Source: an uncultured Pseudomonadota bacterium
GTDB lineage: Bacteria > Pseudomonadota > Gammaproteobacteria > Burkholderiales > SG8-39
Length of the DNA stretch: 64,000 nt
Direction of reading: 5' to 3'
Assembly (NCBI GenBank): GCA_963739205.1
Contig: CAVTZJ010000002.1
Coordinates: 576,192-640,191 of the forward strand
Part shown: one piece after another, positions 37,066 through 46,925 of the stretch
Numbering within the stretch: the first letter of the stretch is position 1
How the letters are laid out: each line of letters starts with the position of its first letter
Made by a program: the position numbers and the translations under genes
Notes under the pieces: model-generated
What the model was told of the DNA's origin: nothing
The model's database searches: none
Seen by the model: the letters and a program-made list of their open reading frames with translations, nothing else

Positions 37066-37488
37066 ATGGCCAAGGCAGCGACCCGCAAGGCGCCCGCACG
37101 GCGCAGCAAGGCGTACGACGACGGACTGAAGATCAGGCGCCGCTGGCTGGGCAAGGACTACGTCGACCGCGCGTTCCGCGACGCCGACGCGTTCACCATC
37201 GACGTGCAGCACTTCGTCACCGAGCACGGCTGGGGCGCGAGCTGGGCGCGCGGCGGGCTGCCGCTCAAGACGCGCTCGATCATGAGCCTGTCCATGATCG
37301 TCGCCCTCAACCGCCCGCGCGAGCTGGAAATCCACCTGCGCGCCGCGCTGCGCAACGGCATCACGCCGGCCGAGATCAAGGAGCTCCTGCTGCACGCGGC
37401 GGTCTATTGCGGCGCGCCGGCCGCTCTCGACGGCTTCCACGTCGCGAAGCGCATCCTCGCCGAGCCGGCGCAGGCCTCCGGACGGTAG
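37066..37488 (+). CDS. Carboxymuconolactone decarboxylase (CMD/PcaC-like) family protein
   Basis: [59 protein letters not shown]. Confidence 0.85.
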   Translation: MAKAATRKAPARRSKAYDDGLKIRRRWLGKDYVDRAFRDADAFTIDVQHFVTEHGWGASWARGGLPLKTRSIMSLSMIVALNRPRELEIHLRAALRNGITPAEIKELLLHAAVYCGAPAALDGFHVAKRILAEPAQASGR

Positions 37489-37572
37489 GGGCAGCGGGGA
37501 GGCGGATCCGGCCTCACTTCACGGCCACGGCATGGCCTTGACACAGCGGTCGACCGGTTCCACCTTTCTCAA

Positions 37573-37989
37573 ATGACCACCGAGATAATGTGGACCCCGG
37601 AAGGGGAGAACGAGACGGACCTGATTCCCGCCCACGTCACGCGGGTGATGAAAGTCGGCCGTGAATTGCGGATCTTCTTCTCGGGCAAGGAAGGTGAGTA
37701 CGGTGACAAGTTCGAAGGTGTACTAAGCATTCGGCTGCGCCTGGGTACCCAGAAGATCAAGGGCAATCAGAGCTACAAGCACGAGGATGACGAGTGGGAG
37801 CTCGTTCCCTACTCCGTTATCGGGCAATTCGATGACCGTCGATTTGAAACCTTCTCGGGAACCTGGACTGAACAGGGAACGCGTTGCCGGGTCGATGTCC
37901 TCGGACTTCCGCCAACGGTCAAACCAGCCGCAAAGAAAAAGAAAGCGGCCAAAGCGAGAAAATCGCGAAAGCGACGAGCCTCTAGGTGA
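37573..37989 (+). CDS. Hypothetical protein with Lys/Arg-rich tail (island border)
   Basis: Low-GC ORF with reasonable composition. C-terminal KPAAKKKKAAKARKSRKRRASR. Convergent 8-nt overlap with hsdR. Confidence 0.45.
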   Translation: MTTEIMWTPEGENETDLIPAHVTRVMKVGRELRIFFSGKEGEYGDKFEGVLSIRLRLGTQKIKGNQSYKHEDDEWELVPYSVIGQFDDRRFETFSGTWTEQGTRCRVDVLGLPPTVKPAAKKKKAAKARKSRKRRASR

Positions 37990-40900
37990 CCGCCTCGAAT
38001 ATGCTGCGACCGTCTCCGGCATACGCTTCGTAGACGTGCTCGAATAGGGCCTCGGTTTTCTTCGCGTACAGCTCCTTTGTATAGGCACGCGGCAACCCTT
38101 CATCCAGCGTGTCCTCGATGGTGATCCGCACCTTTGCCCGCGCCTGGACCTTCTGCCGCCAGCCGAGAACGAGCAGCGCGTGCAACCGCTCGAGCAGCTG
38201 GCGCGCCACCTTCTTGACTTCTTCGCGCTCTTCGCTGGACAGCTCCGGTCCCGGCCGGGTGAGGATATCGAAGACCGTGAGCTCCTCCTCCTTTAGATGC
38301 TCCCGGACGTGGCGCTCCTGCTCGTCGGTGAGCACCTTCGACAGCGCGACCAGGTCGCGGAAGATGTCCTCGATGTTGCGGCTTCCCGCGTTGTAGGCGT
38401 CGATCAAAGCCTGGAACTTGTCCAGGTAGTCGGCGCGCGTTCGGTTGAGCTGCACCATGCGCTCGACTTGAGCCCGCACCGCCGCTCGCAAGCGCTCGAG
38501 GTCGCTGTTTGTGGGCGCCTTCTTCTCGAAGCGCTTGGCCAAGGCCTCGAAGTCGATCTTCGACAGGTCGATCGTCGGGTAGGCACCCGACCGATCCTCG
38601 ATCTTGAATGGCTGTGCGCCGATCGAACGGTCGAGCAGCTCCTGGATTCCCTGCATGACGTGAGAGATGTCCGGCGGATCGCTCAAGTTGCGAATGTAGT
38701 CGGCGAGCGCGCGGATCGTCCCGCAGCGCACCGCGAACTCGACCGCCACCGCGTCGGGTTTGACGGCCTCGTACAGCGCCTCCACGAGCCGCGACCGGGA
38801 GACGAAATCGCGCCTCACCGACTCCGGCGCCAGAAGACGGTCGCCACCGTCCTTCACTGCTTGCGCCCGCTCGAACTTCTCCGCCGACGCTCCTTCGATC
38901 CTTGCGAGATCGACGCCGCGCGCCTTGCAAAAATTCGTCGCATCGGCCACCGCCAGCCGAAGCTCGGCCACCAGCGCCTTCTTGTCGCGCACCGGCCGCT
39001 CGCCACCGCGGCCCTTGCCGTAGATCGCCAGCGCGCGCTCGAGCGACGCGAACACGTTGGCGTAGTCGACGATCACGCCGCTGTGCTTGCCCGGGAACAC
39101 CCTGTTCGCGCGCGCGATGGTTTGCATCAGAGTGTGGTTGCGCATTGGCTTGTCGAGGTAGATCGTCGAGCAGCTCGGCGCGTCGAACCCGGTGAGCCAC
39201 ATCGCGCACAGGAACACGAGCCGCAGCGGGTCGTCCGGGTCCTTGAATTTCTCGTCGAGCGCCTGCTCGTTCATACGCTTCCGGTGCGGGACGATGTCCA
39301 GGCCGAGCCTCTTCATCTGCTCGACCTCGTTCTGGCCCGGCGAAACCACGACCGCCATGTCGGTCGAGTCCATCTTGGGCCAGAGCTTGCGCACCTTGTC
39401 GTACATGCGAAGGGCGGTCGCCTTGTCGATCGATACCACCATCGCCTTGCCCTGGAAGCCCCGCCCGGTGAAGTGACGCACGATGTCCTTCGCCACCGTG
39501 TCGAGCCGGTCGTCGCGCGTGATGAGGTGGTACTGGCGCGAGAGTTCCCTCTCCAGCCGCGCTTCCTGCTCCGGGTCGAGCTGCGCCGCCTCGACCAGGT
39601 CGTAGATCTCGTCGTTCAGGTCCGGGTTGTCGAGGTGCAGTTCGGGTGTACGGTTCTCGTAATAGAGCGGTACCGTGGCCCCGTCCTCGATCGACTGCTG
39701 GAAGTCGTAAATCGAGACGTAGTCCCCGAACACGTCCTTCGTCTTCTCCTCGCCCGCGATCAGCGGCGTGCCGGTGAAGGCGAGGAACAGCGCCTTCGGC
39801 ATCGCCGCGCGCATGTTCATCGCCAGCGTGTCGTACTGGCTGCGATGCGCCTCGTCGGTGAGCACGATCACGTCCGGCCGGTCGCACAGCACCTCTGGCG
39901 TCTGGAACTTCTGGATCAGCGTGAATACGTAGCGGTGGTTCTCGGAAAGAAGCTTGCGCAGCTCCGCCCCGCTCTGCGCGTGGCACACGTTACTCTCGGC
40001 CTCCGTCACCGCGCCGCAGGCCTTGAAGGTCTTGGCGATCTGGTCGTCCAGCTCCATCCGGTCGGTCACGACGACGAAGGTCCAGTTGCCCGGCACCTTG
40101 CGCAGGATCTTCTGCGCGAAGAACACCATCGAGAAGCTCTTGCCCTGACCCTTGCGTCTGCCAGAACACCCCGCCGCGGCCGTGGCCGCGCTTGCGCGCC
40201 TCGAGCGTCGCCGCGATGGCGTTGTTCACGCCGAGGTACTGGTGGTTCTGCGCCATCGCCTTCACCAGGCCGGACTTGTGCTCCGAGAAGAGCGTGAAGT
40301 TCTCCGCAATGTCCAGGAGACGCACGGGCGCGCAGGTGCCGCGCAGCATCACTTCCAGCGACACTCGACGCGGCTCGTCCTCGCGCTCGATCCGCTTCCA
40401 TTCGCCGAACCGCTCCCAGTCCGCCGTGATCGTCCCGATCCGGCTCTCCGTGCCGTTCGAGGCGATCAGGAACGCGCTGTACCAGAAGAGCTGCGGAATC
40501 CCGTTCTGCGGGTGCTTGTAGCTCGTCAGGTTCTCATCGAACGCCTGCCGCGCCGCCACCCCCGGCTTCTTCAGCTCGATCACCACCCACGGCAACCCGT
40601 TCACGAACCCGATCAGATCCGGCCGGCACGTATAGAGCTGCCCCGTGACCGTCATCTGCGAGACCAGCAGGAAATCGTTCGCGGCGGGATTCTCCCAATC
40701 CACCACCCGCACCCGCTCCTCCCTCAACCCGCCCCGCTCCGGGTCCGGCACCGAAACCTTCACGCCGTCCTTCAGCAGCCCGCAGATCTCCCGATTCGCG
40801 CCGGCAAGCGTCATCGCCGACCGGTCACGCGTCAGCTCGTCCAAGGCACTGGCGATCGCTTCAGGGGGAAACTTCGGATTCAACTTCTCCAGAGCCGCCC

Positions 40901-41063
40901 GCAATCGCGGCACCAGCACTACTTCGCCCGATGTCTCTCGTCCGAGCGTGCCGCTCGGGCCGAACATCTCCTCCATCGCAGACAACGTTTGCCAACCCAG
41001 ATCCGCGAATAGACCGATGGCCGGCTGCTCGACAAGCTGATCTTCGGTGTAAGCGTGAGACAT
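37982..41063 (-). pseudogene. hsdR: Type I restriction enzyme R subunit, one frameshift inside Walker A
   Basis: The N-terminal ORF ends in GVFWQTQGSG, then goes out of frame. The C-terminal ORF starts at ...MVFFAQKILRKVPGNWTFVVVTDR, with DEAH box LTDEAHRSQ. Removing one nt near 40142 gives GSGKSFSMVFF. Confidence 0.9.
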
Positions 41064-41081
41064 TCTGGACCGACTGGGGCC

Positions 41082-42161
41082 TTATCTCTTCTTGGCAGCA
41101 CCACGCTTAGGACCGTGGGACGCCCAGACCTCTTCTTTAGGGTGTCTTTTCATAGCCTCTTCTATGACCGGGATTGCCTTTTGAGAATAGCGGTCGAACA
41201 GCGCCTTTCCGATGGAGATCCGCTTAAAACACTCACGGTCGTCCTGTAGTTTCAAAAACCGAATATAAGAAGTCGTCCCGGGTCCACTGAGCCCAACTTT
41301 TTGAGCGAGTTGGTCTCGACCGAGATTGTAGAAGCCAAGTTCGTCAACACGCTTCACGGCAACGACAGCTGCTCCTGGCGTACCCTCCGGGACGAGTTGC
41401 ACAGGTGTGCCCGTCTTTGTTATCCGCAGTTCGATCGACGGGCCGTAACCTTTAGTCGTGAGTGTGACAGTCGCGACTCCTGGGAAAATCTCATTCCACG
41501 CTTTCTTATCCGCAGCGATATCCGCGGCAAGCTTTTTTAACTCTCCTACTCCCGGCTGCACCTTCTCCCCACTCAGCGATTTCTCAATGATCGCAAGCGA
41601 CCGAAGCTTTGCCTCTGCTTCTGTATGCCGACGAGCACCCGGTGCCAACAGTTTCCTAATCTCTTTCGTCTCGTTGTCGAATAGTTTCGCCAGATCTGTT
41701 GGAGGGCTTGTGGAAAGTGGCAGAACGCGAACCGGAAGATGGGTTTGCAAGTCTTCGCCAAATACCGACTTGAAGACATCCCGAAACAGGCTTAGGCCCG
41801 CCTGGGACTGAATGTACAAGTGCTGTTCAGACATATCGAGAAGGTGATGTTGTGCAGCGTCTCTCAGACTGTTGATCATCTGAACTGTAAGCGCCTGGTT
41901 ATCCGTCAGGAACTTCACACTCGCGTCAGAAAGCCCTTTCCGAACAGACGCATCGAAACCAATAGTCTGTTTGGCTCGGGGCTCACGGATTCGTCCTCCT
42001 CGATGCAGGATCGCCGCCTTGAAGAGCATTTCAAATGCATGGTCAAGCGAAATGAGAACACTGTGTGTGCGCCCGGTATCGGAGGGGCGGTTGAAAAGCT
42101 CAACGCTCAGCATCAACGACTCAATCGCTTTCGTTCTTAGGAGCTTGACCTCCTTCTTCAC
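41082..42161 (-). CDS. Uncharacterised protein embedded in the R-M operon (DUF3644-like N-terminus, possible wHTH C-terminus)
   Basis: GTG overlaps the hsdS stop (GTGA) and the ORF ends 18 nt before hsdR. AIESLMLSVELFNRP...LISLDHAFEMLFKAAIL. Lowest-GC part of the window. Confidence 0.7.
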   Translation of the reverse strand: MKKEVKLLRTKAIESLMLSVELFNRPSDTGRTHSVLISLDHAFEMLFKAAILHRGGRIREPRAKQTIGFDASVRKGLSDASVKFLTDNQALTVQMINSLRDAAQHHLLDMSEQHLYIQSQAGLSLFRDVFKSVFGEDLQTHLPVRVLPLSTSPPTDLAKLFDNETKEIRKLLAPGARRHTEAEAKLRSLAIIEKSLSGEKVQPGVGELKKLAADIAADKKAWNEIFPGVATVTLTTKGYGPSIELRITKTGTPVQLVPEGTPGAAVVAVKRVDELGFYNLGRDQLAQKVGLSGPGTTSYIRFLKLQDDRECFKRISIGKALFDRYSQKAIPVIEEAMKRHPKEEVWASHGPKRGAAKKR

Positions 42162-43363
42162 GAATTGAGTTCCCGAAGTATCGCCCGTCCCGCTAGCATC
42201 CTCGGCAGCAGCAGGTCACGCGTCCGTCGGAGGTTTTGGATCTGAAAAATAAGGGTCTGTTGCTGCTCGATGGTCTCGGCGAACAGCGCAGAGAATTGCT
42301 CAACGACTTTGCCTTTCGGGATCACGACTTTGTATTTCTCCAACACGTCCCAGTTCGCGCGCGGCATCTTCGCTCCATTCGCGGTTGCGCTCGCTTCCGC
42401 AACGAATGCGTCGCTGGAGACGCACGCCACGACAAAGGCGTAATGCTCGGGGCGACGAGAACGTACGACGATGGTGTCGGCGGAGCATAGGCCGTCGAAC
42501 GGCGCGACGCTGACCTTGTGGAAATAAGGCCGAATCTTGCCGAACAGGACTTCACCTTTCTTGAACTCAAGTTTATTCGAGCCGAGGTTGGTCGCTGTTT
42601 CCCAAGCGTTAAGTGCGAGCGAGCGACGTGGGATGTGCTCGAGGCCGACGTATGGTTTTGGCTCGTCGAGGTCTCCCTTCGACACATTGCGGCGCGTGTT
42701 CTCAGCGATGTCGCCAAGCGTTTTCACTTCCCAGCCTTTGGGGATGTCGCCTAGGGGAGAGGCGACGCGCGGGAGCTTTTCGTGGCCGGGGAAGCGGAAA
42801 TGGACGAACCACTCGTGGTAAAGGGCGCGGGCCATTTCCTCCAAGATCCGAATGCGCCGCTGGTTGTTTTCGATCAACTCGTCATAGGCCGACAGTATTG
42901 CTGCAATGCGTTGCTGAACACCCCGAGGCGGCAGATCGGGAAGCGCTAGTTCCCGCACATCCTTCATGTTCAGGTGGGGCACCGTTACGCCATTTGTCTT
43001 GGCGTGGATGACTCGTTGCACCTGAGGACCATTCAGGAGGTAGTTCAGAAAGGACGGTTCAACCTTTGACCGATTAGGGCGAATCAGAAGGGTCCGCTGC
43101 CCAAGGCAGACCTTCAGCCCCTCAGGAACAATTGCCGCGTTGCCAACTGGCGCCTCGCGCGCCATGATGATGTCGCCCGGTCGAGGAACCGCGCGCTTTG
43201 TCCAGAGGCGGTAGGTGTCCTCCGATACTCGATTCACGCCGTCGAGGATGAAGAAGCCCCTTCCAATGTTCGGCGTACGGATCGATGGATAGCCTTCTGC
43301 CTGTGTTGGCGCAGTCTTATGCTCGCAGTCCACTATCATTTCGCTGATATCGGCGAGCCTCAT
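42158..43363 (-). CDS. hsdS: Type I restriction enzyme specificity subunit
   Basis: Two target-recognition domains separated by the conserved helix QQRIAAILSAYDELIENNQRRIRILEEMARALYHEWF. Distal repeat LIFQIQNLRRTRDLLLPRMLAG. Intact. Confidence 0.9.
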   Translation of the reverse strand: MRLADISEMIVDCEHKTAPTQAEGYPSIRTPNIGRGFFILDGVNRVSEDTYRLWTKRAVPRPGDIIMAREAPVGNAAIVPEGLKVCLGQRTLLIRPNRSKVEPSFLNYLLNGPQVQRVIHAKTNGVTVPHLNMKDVRELALPDLPPRGVQQRIAAILSAYDELIENNQRRIRILEEMARALYHEWFVHFRFPGHEKLPRVASPLGDIPKGWEVKTLGDIAENTRRNVSKGDLDEPKPYVGLEHIPRRSLALNAWETATNLGSNKLEFKKGEVLFGKIRPYFHKVSVAPFDGLCSADTIVVRSRRPEHYAFVVACVSSDAFVAEASATANGAKMPRANWDVLEKYKVVIPKGKVVEQFSALFAETIEQQQTLIFQIQNLRRTRDLLLPRMLAGRAILRELNS

Positions 43364-43366
43364 ACC

Positions 43367-44992
43367 CTACGCTTCGAGAATCTCTGCCACGTTGCCGGCA
43401 ATAGTCTCTTCGAGTTCGCGCGCTCGCGCGTTGAGCGCTTCGAGTTCCTCATTCAGCGTTTCGAGCTGTTCCTTGAAGTCTTCGTCGCTGACATCTTCGC
43501 CAGGCGCAACGCCGACGTAGCGGCCGGGGTTGAGCGACCACCCTTGGGCTTCGATCTTCTTTGAGTGTGGCGGCCTTGCACAGGCCAGCAACGTCGGCGT
43601 ATTTCGGTTTCTTGCCGAAGATTTCGACGAGCTTTGCGTTCGCTTCGTCGCCGCCGAGGGTGAAGTCGGGCTCTTCGCCGCGGTAGAGGCGCACGAGGTT
43701 GGCGAGGAAGCCGACCTGCGCTTCGGTCCAGTCGCGGTGGGCGCGGTCGATCTGGCGGTAGATGTGGCGGGCGTCGATGAAGAGGACTCGTGTCGGCGCG
43801 CGGGGTTTTCTTCTTGCCGCGGTCGAGGAACCACAGGGTGCAGGGCAGCGTGACGGTGTAGAACATGTTCGGGCCGACGGCGACGATCACGTCCACGGCG
43901 CGGGACTGGATGAGCTGCTTGCGGATTTCCAGTTCGGAGGCGCGGGCGTCGCTGGCGGAGTTGGCCATGACGAAGCCGGCGCGGCCTTTGTCGTTGAGCG
44001 AGGAGTAGAAGAGCTGGATCCAGAGGTAGTTGGCGTTGTCGGTGCGCGGCAGGCCGAAGGGGAAGCGGCGGCCCGGGCCGACGGCGTCCTTGAGGCGGTC
44101 CTTGTCCACGGCGTTGACGTTGAACGGCGGATTGGCGAGGACGAAGTCGAAGGCGCCGACGGCCTTGTGCGGGTCGTCGTAGTAGCTGTTGACCTCGCCG
44201 CCGTGGCGGATGTCGCCCTCCAGGCCGTGCACGGCGAGGTTCATGCGGCACAGGCGCCCGGTTTCGTCGGTCTTTTCGACGCCGAAGATGGAGAGCTCGG
44301 ACGCGGGGTTTTTCTTGTGCTCGGCGACGAAGCGCGCGGACTGGACGAACATGCCGCCTGAGCCGCAGGCGGGGTCGAGGATGCGGCCGTGGAAGGGTTC
44401 GAGGATCTCGACCATGCAGGCGCACGATGGGCGCCGGGGTGTAGAACTCGCCGCCCTTCTGCCCCTCGGTGCGGGCGAACTGGCCGAGGAAGTATTCGTA
44501 GATGCGCCCGAAGGCGTCGAAGTCGAGGCTGACGGGGATCTCGGAGACTTTCTTCAGCAGTTCCTTGAGCAGGGTGCCGTTGAAGATCTGGTAGTTGCGC
44601 GGCAGCACGCCCGCGAGCTGCGGGTTGTGCTTCTCGATGTCGGCCATCGCCTCGTTGACGGCCTTGCCGACGTTGCTGCCTTCGGGCCGCGCGAGCAGGT
44701 AGTCGAAGCGGGAGTTCGGCGTGAGGAAGAGGACGCCTTCGGCCTGGTAGGCCTTGGGGTCGTCGATGCGCGAGGTGCCGCGGCGCGCCGAGGTGCCCGC
44801 CTTCTCCAGTTGCGCGCGGCGCTGCGCGAAGCGCGCCTCGGCGAAGCGCAGGAAGATCAGGCCGAGGACCGGCCCGGAGTATTCGCCGGCCTTGAGGCCG
44901 GAGTTGGCGCGGAACTGGTCCGCCGCGGCCCAAAGGCGCTTCTCCAGCTGGTGGTTGGCTTCGTCTTTCTCGGTCGGCGCGACCCAGCGCAT
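43367..44992 (-). pseudogene. hsdM: Type I restriction enzyme methylase subunit with three 1-nt insertions
   Basis: HsdM_N and GGEFYTP are in frame [11 protein letters not shown] and NPPFN are in frame [11 protein letters not shown]... is in frame C. The tail [15 protein letters not shown] is back in frame A. Junctions lie near 44416, 43788 and 43556. Confidence 0.9.
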
Positions 44993-45028
44993 GTCCTCTC
45001 CCCGATATGGTTCGCAGCCGCAAAGATA

Positions 45029-45440
45029 GCGCAGCGGCGGTCAACCCGGGGCGCGCGGTCGGCGTTGTGTCGTCAGGAATGGGGACGAAAAGGACAATCG
45101 GACAAGCAATCGAGCCGCGCATCCTGATGCTGCGCGGCCAGCGGGTCATGCTGGATTCCGATCTCGCCAGGCTCTACGAAGTCGAGGTGAAGGCGCTGAA
45201 CCAGGCGGTAAGGCGCAACCCGGCACGCTTCCCTGCCGACTTCATGTTCCGGCTGACCAGGGAGGAGGCCGAACGTTCAAGGTCACAAACTGTGACCTTG
45301 AAAGGCGCGGGCGGGAGGGGACGCAACATCAAGTACCTGCCCTACGCGTTTACCGAGCAGGGTGTCGCGATGCTCTCCTCGGTGCTGAAAAGCGAACGGG
45401 CGGTCCAGGTGAACGCGGAGATCATGCGCGCCTTCGTGCG
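45029..45440 (+). repeat. Copy A of a 412-bp direct repeat (ORF6N gene plus leader)
   Basis: Colinear with 53645-54056. Shared leader GCGCAGCGGCGGTCAACCC...CGGCGTTGTGTC and a colinear 121-codon reading frame. Confidence 0.7.
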
Positions 45441-45492
45441 CCCGAGCGAGCGGCGCGTCAGCGCAGCGCCCGGTAGAGAAACGGCAAGCTGA
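45079..45492 (+). CDS. ORF6N (KilA-N-like) domain protein, C-terminally truncated copy
   Basis: [35 protein letters not shown]...[24 protein letters not shown]. Homology to the paralog stops after ...MRAFVR. The tail is antisense to the esterase 3' end. Confidence 0.7.
   Translation: MGTKRTIGQAIEPRILMLRGQRVMLDSDLARLYEVEVKALNQAVRRNPARFPADFMFRLTREEAERSRSQTVTLKGAGGRGRNIKYLPYAFTEQGVAMLSSVLKSERAVQVNAEIMRAFVRPSERRVSAAPGRETAS
45276..45302. repeat. Perfect 12-bp-arm inverted repeat inside ORF6N copy A
   Basis: TTCAAGGTCACA-AAC-TGTGACCTTGAA, 197 nt after the ATG. Confidence 0.8.
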
Positions 45493-46551
45493 CATCCATC
45501 CGGTAGTCGATGTCGGAGTGGTCGTCGTCGAATTCTTCGTAGCGGTGGCGGATGCCGGCCGCGGCGAGGCGCTGCGACAGCAGGCGCGTGCCGTAATGGA
45601 TGTGGTACTGGTCGCGCCAGCCGCAGTCGATGTAGATGCCGCGCAGCGACTTGAGGTTGGCGCGGTAGCGCGCGACGAGGTTGATCGGGTCGTGGCGGCG
45701 CCAGTTGCGCCAGCGCTCCTCGATCGCTTCGCCCGTTTCCGCGTTGAACGGGATGCGAAAGCCGTTCGGCGCGCGCGGATCGGGGTCGTAGGTGGCGGCC
45801 ATGCAGAGGTTCATGATGCAGTGGACTTCGCCGCCCGAGAGCTTCTCCTTCTTCCACACGTGCGCGAGGAAGCGCCTGATGCGGCCGTCGTCCAGACCCG
45901 GCTTCGAGTTTTCTGTTTGCCGGGAATTTCTGTGGGCCGGCTTTTCGCTTCGGCGCGCGGTACTTGGCGATCTCGTTCAGCGTGTTCGGCCAGTCGTGCC
46001 AGTAGACGAAGTCGAAGTACGCGTCGCCCGAGTGGTCGGCGATCGCGCCCCAGTACTGCGGCGTACTTCATGCCGTGGATGATCGCGCCGTAGCCGCCGG
46101 ATGACTTGCCGAAGCAGCCGCGGTGCTCCCGGCCCGCGAGGGTGCGGAATTCGCCGTCGACGAAGGGGATGATCTCGCGCGTGAGGTAGTCGGCGTAGTC
46201 GCCGATCGCGGAGGAGTTGACGTACTGGTTGCCGCCGAGCGCGGTGAAGCAGTCCGGGAAGACGATGATCGCGGGCCCCATCTTCTGCTCGTGCATGAGT
46301 CGCGCGGCGCGCTCGGGGACGTTGTCGCCGAAGGGCTTCCAGTTGGCGTGCGCGAGCCCCGAGCCGGTGAAGCCGACGAGGTCGTAGAGCACCGGGTAGC
46401 GCTGCGAGCGGCGCGCGTCGTACTGCGGCGGCAGCCACACGCCGAGCTTTCGCACGTGCGGGTCGCCGAGCGGGTTGCCCTTGAGAATTCTCGATTCGTG
46501 CTCGAGCACGACCAGCGTGCCCGGCGAACCCTTGGCGCGCTTCAGTGCCAT
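45458..46551 (-). pseudogene. Esterase (PF00756-type alpha/beta hydrolase), two frameshifts
   Basis: N-terminal frame runs to ...GKSSGGYGAIIHGMKY. YWGAIADHSGDAYFDFVYWHDWPNTLNEIAKY is in a second frame. GLDDGRIRRFLAHVWKKEKLSGG...DCGWRDQYHIHYG is in a third. Junctions lie near 46057 and 45895. Confidence 0.8.
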
Positions 46552-46572
46552 CCGACGGCGTCCGGTTGCGTT

Positions 46573-46914
46573 CTATCCATAAGCCTCCCGAATCGGCCTC
46601 ACCGGCCTGACCTCCACCGACCCCACCGCCGCCGGCGGAATCCGCGCAGCGATCTGCAGCGCCTCGTCCAGGTTCTTCGCCTCGATCATGTAGAAACCCG
46701 CCAGGCACTCCTTGGTCTCGGCAAAGGGACCGTCGGTGACGGTCGCTTTGCCGTTGCGCACGCGCACGGTGGTGGCGGTAGCGGCCGGCTGCAGGGCCTC
46801 GGAGGCGATGCAGTGGCCGCTACTCCGGATGGACTGGTCGAAGGCGAGGCAGTGGCGGTCGTCCACGCTGCGGATCTTATCTTCCTCGCCGTAGACCAGG
46901 CACAGGTACTTCAT
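46573..46914 (-). CDS. YCII-related (DGPF) domain protein
   Basis: MKYLCLVYGEE...TDGPFAETKECLAGFYMIEAKNLDEALQIAARIP. Confidence 0.8.
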   Translation of the reverse strand: MKYLCLVYGEEDKIRSVDDRHCLAFDQSIRSSGHCIASEALQPAATATTVRVRNGKATVTDGPFAETKECLAGFYMIEAKNLDEALQIAARIPPAAVGSVEVRPVRPIREAYG

Positions 46915-46925
46915 GCGCGCTCTCC

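Noticed and set aside
38297-40297. A 666-aa plus-strand ORF and a 628-aa minus-strand alternative-frame ORF over hsdR.
   Set aside because: The hsdR frames carry the helicase and DEAH motifs. These overlapping ORFs are stop-poor artefacts.
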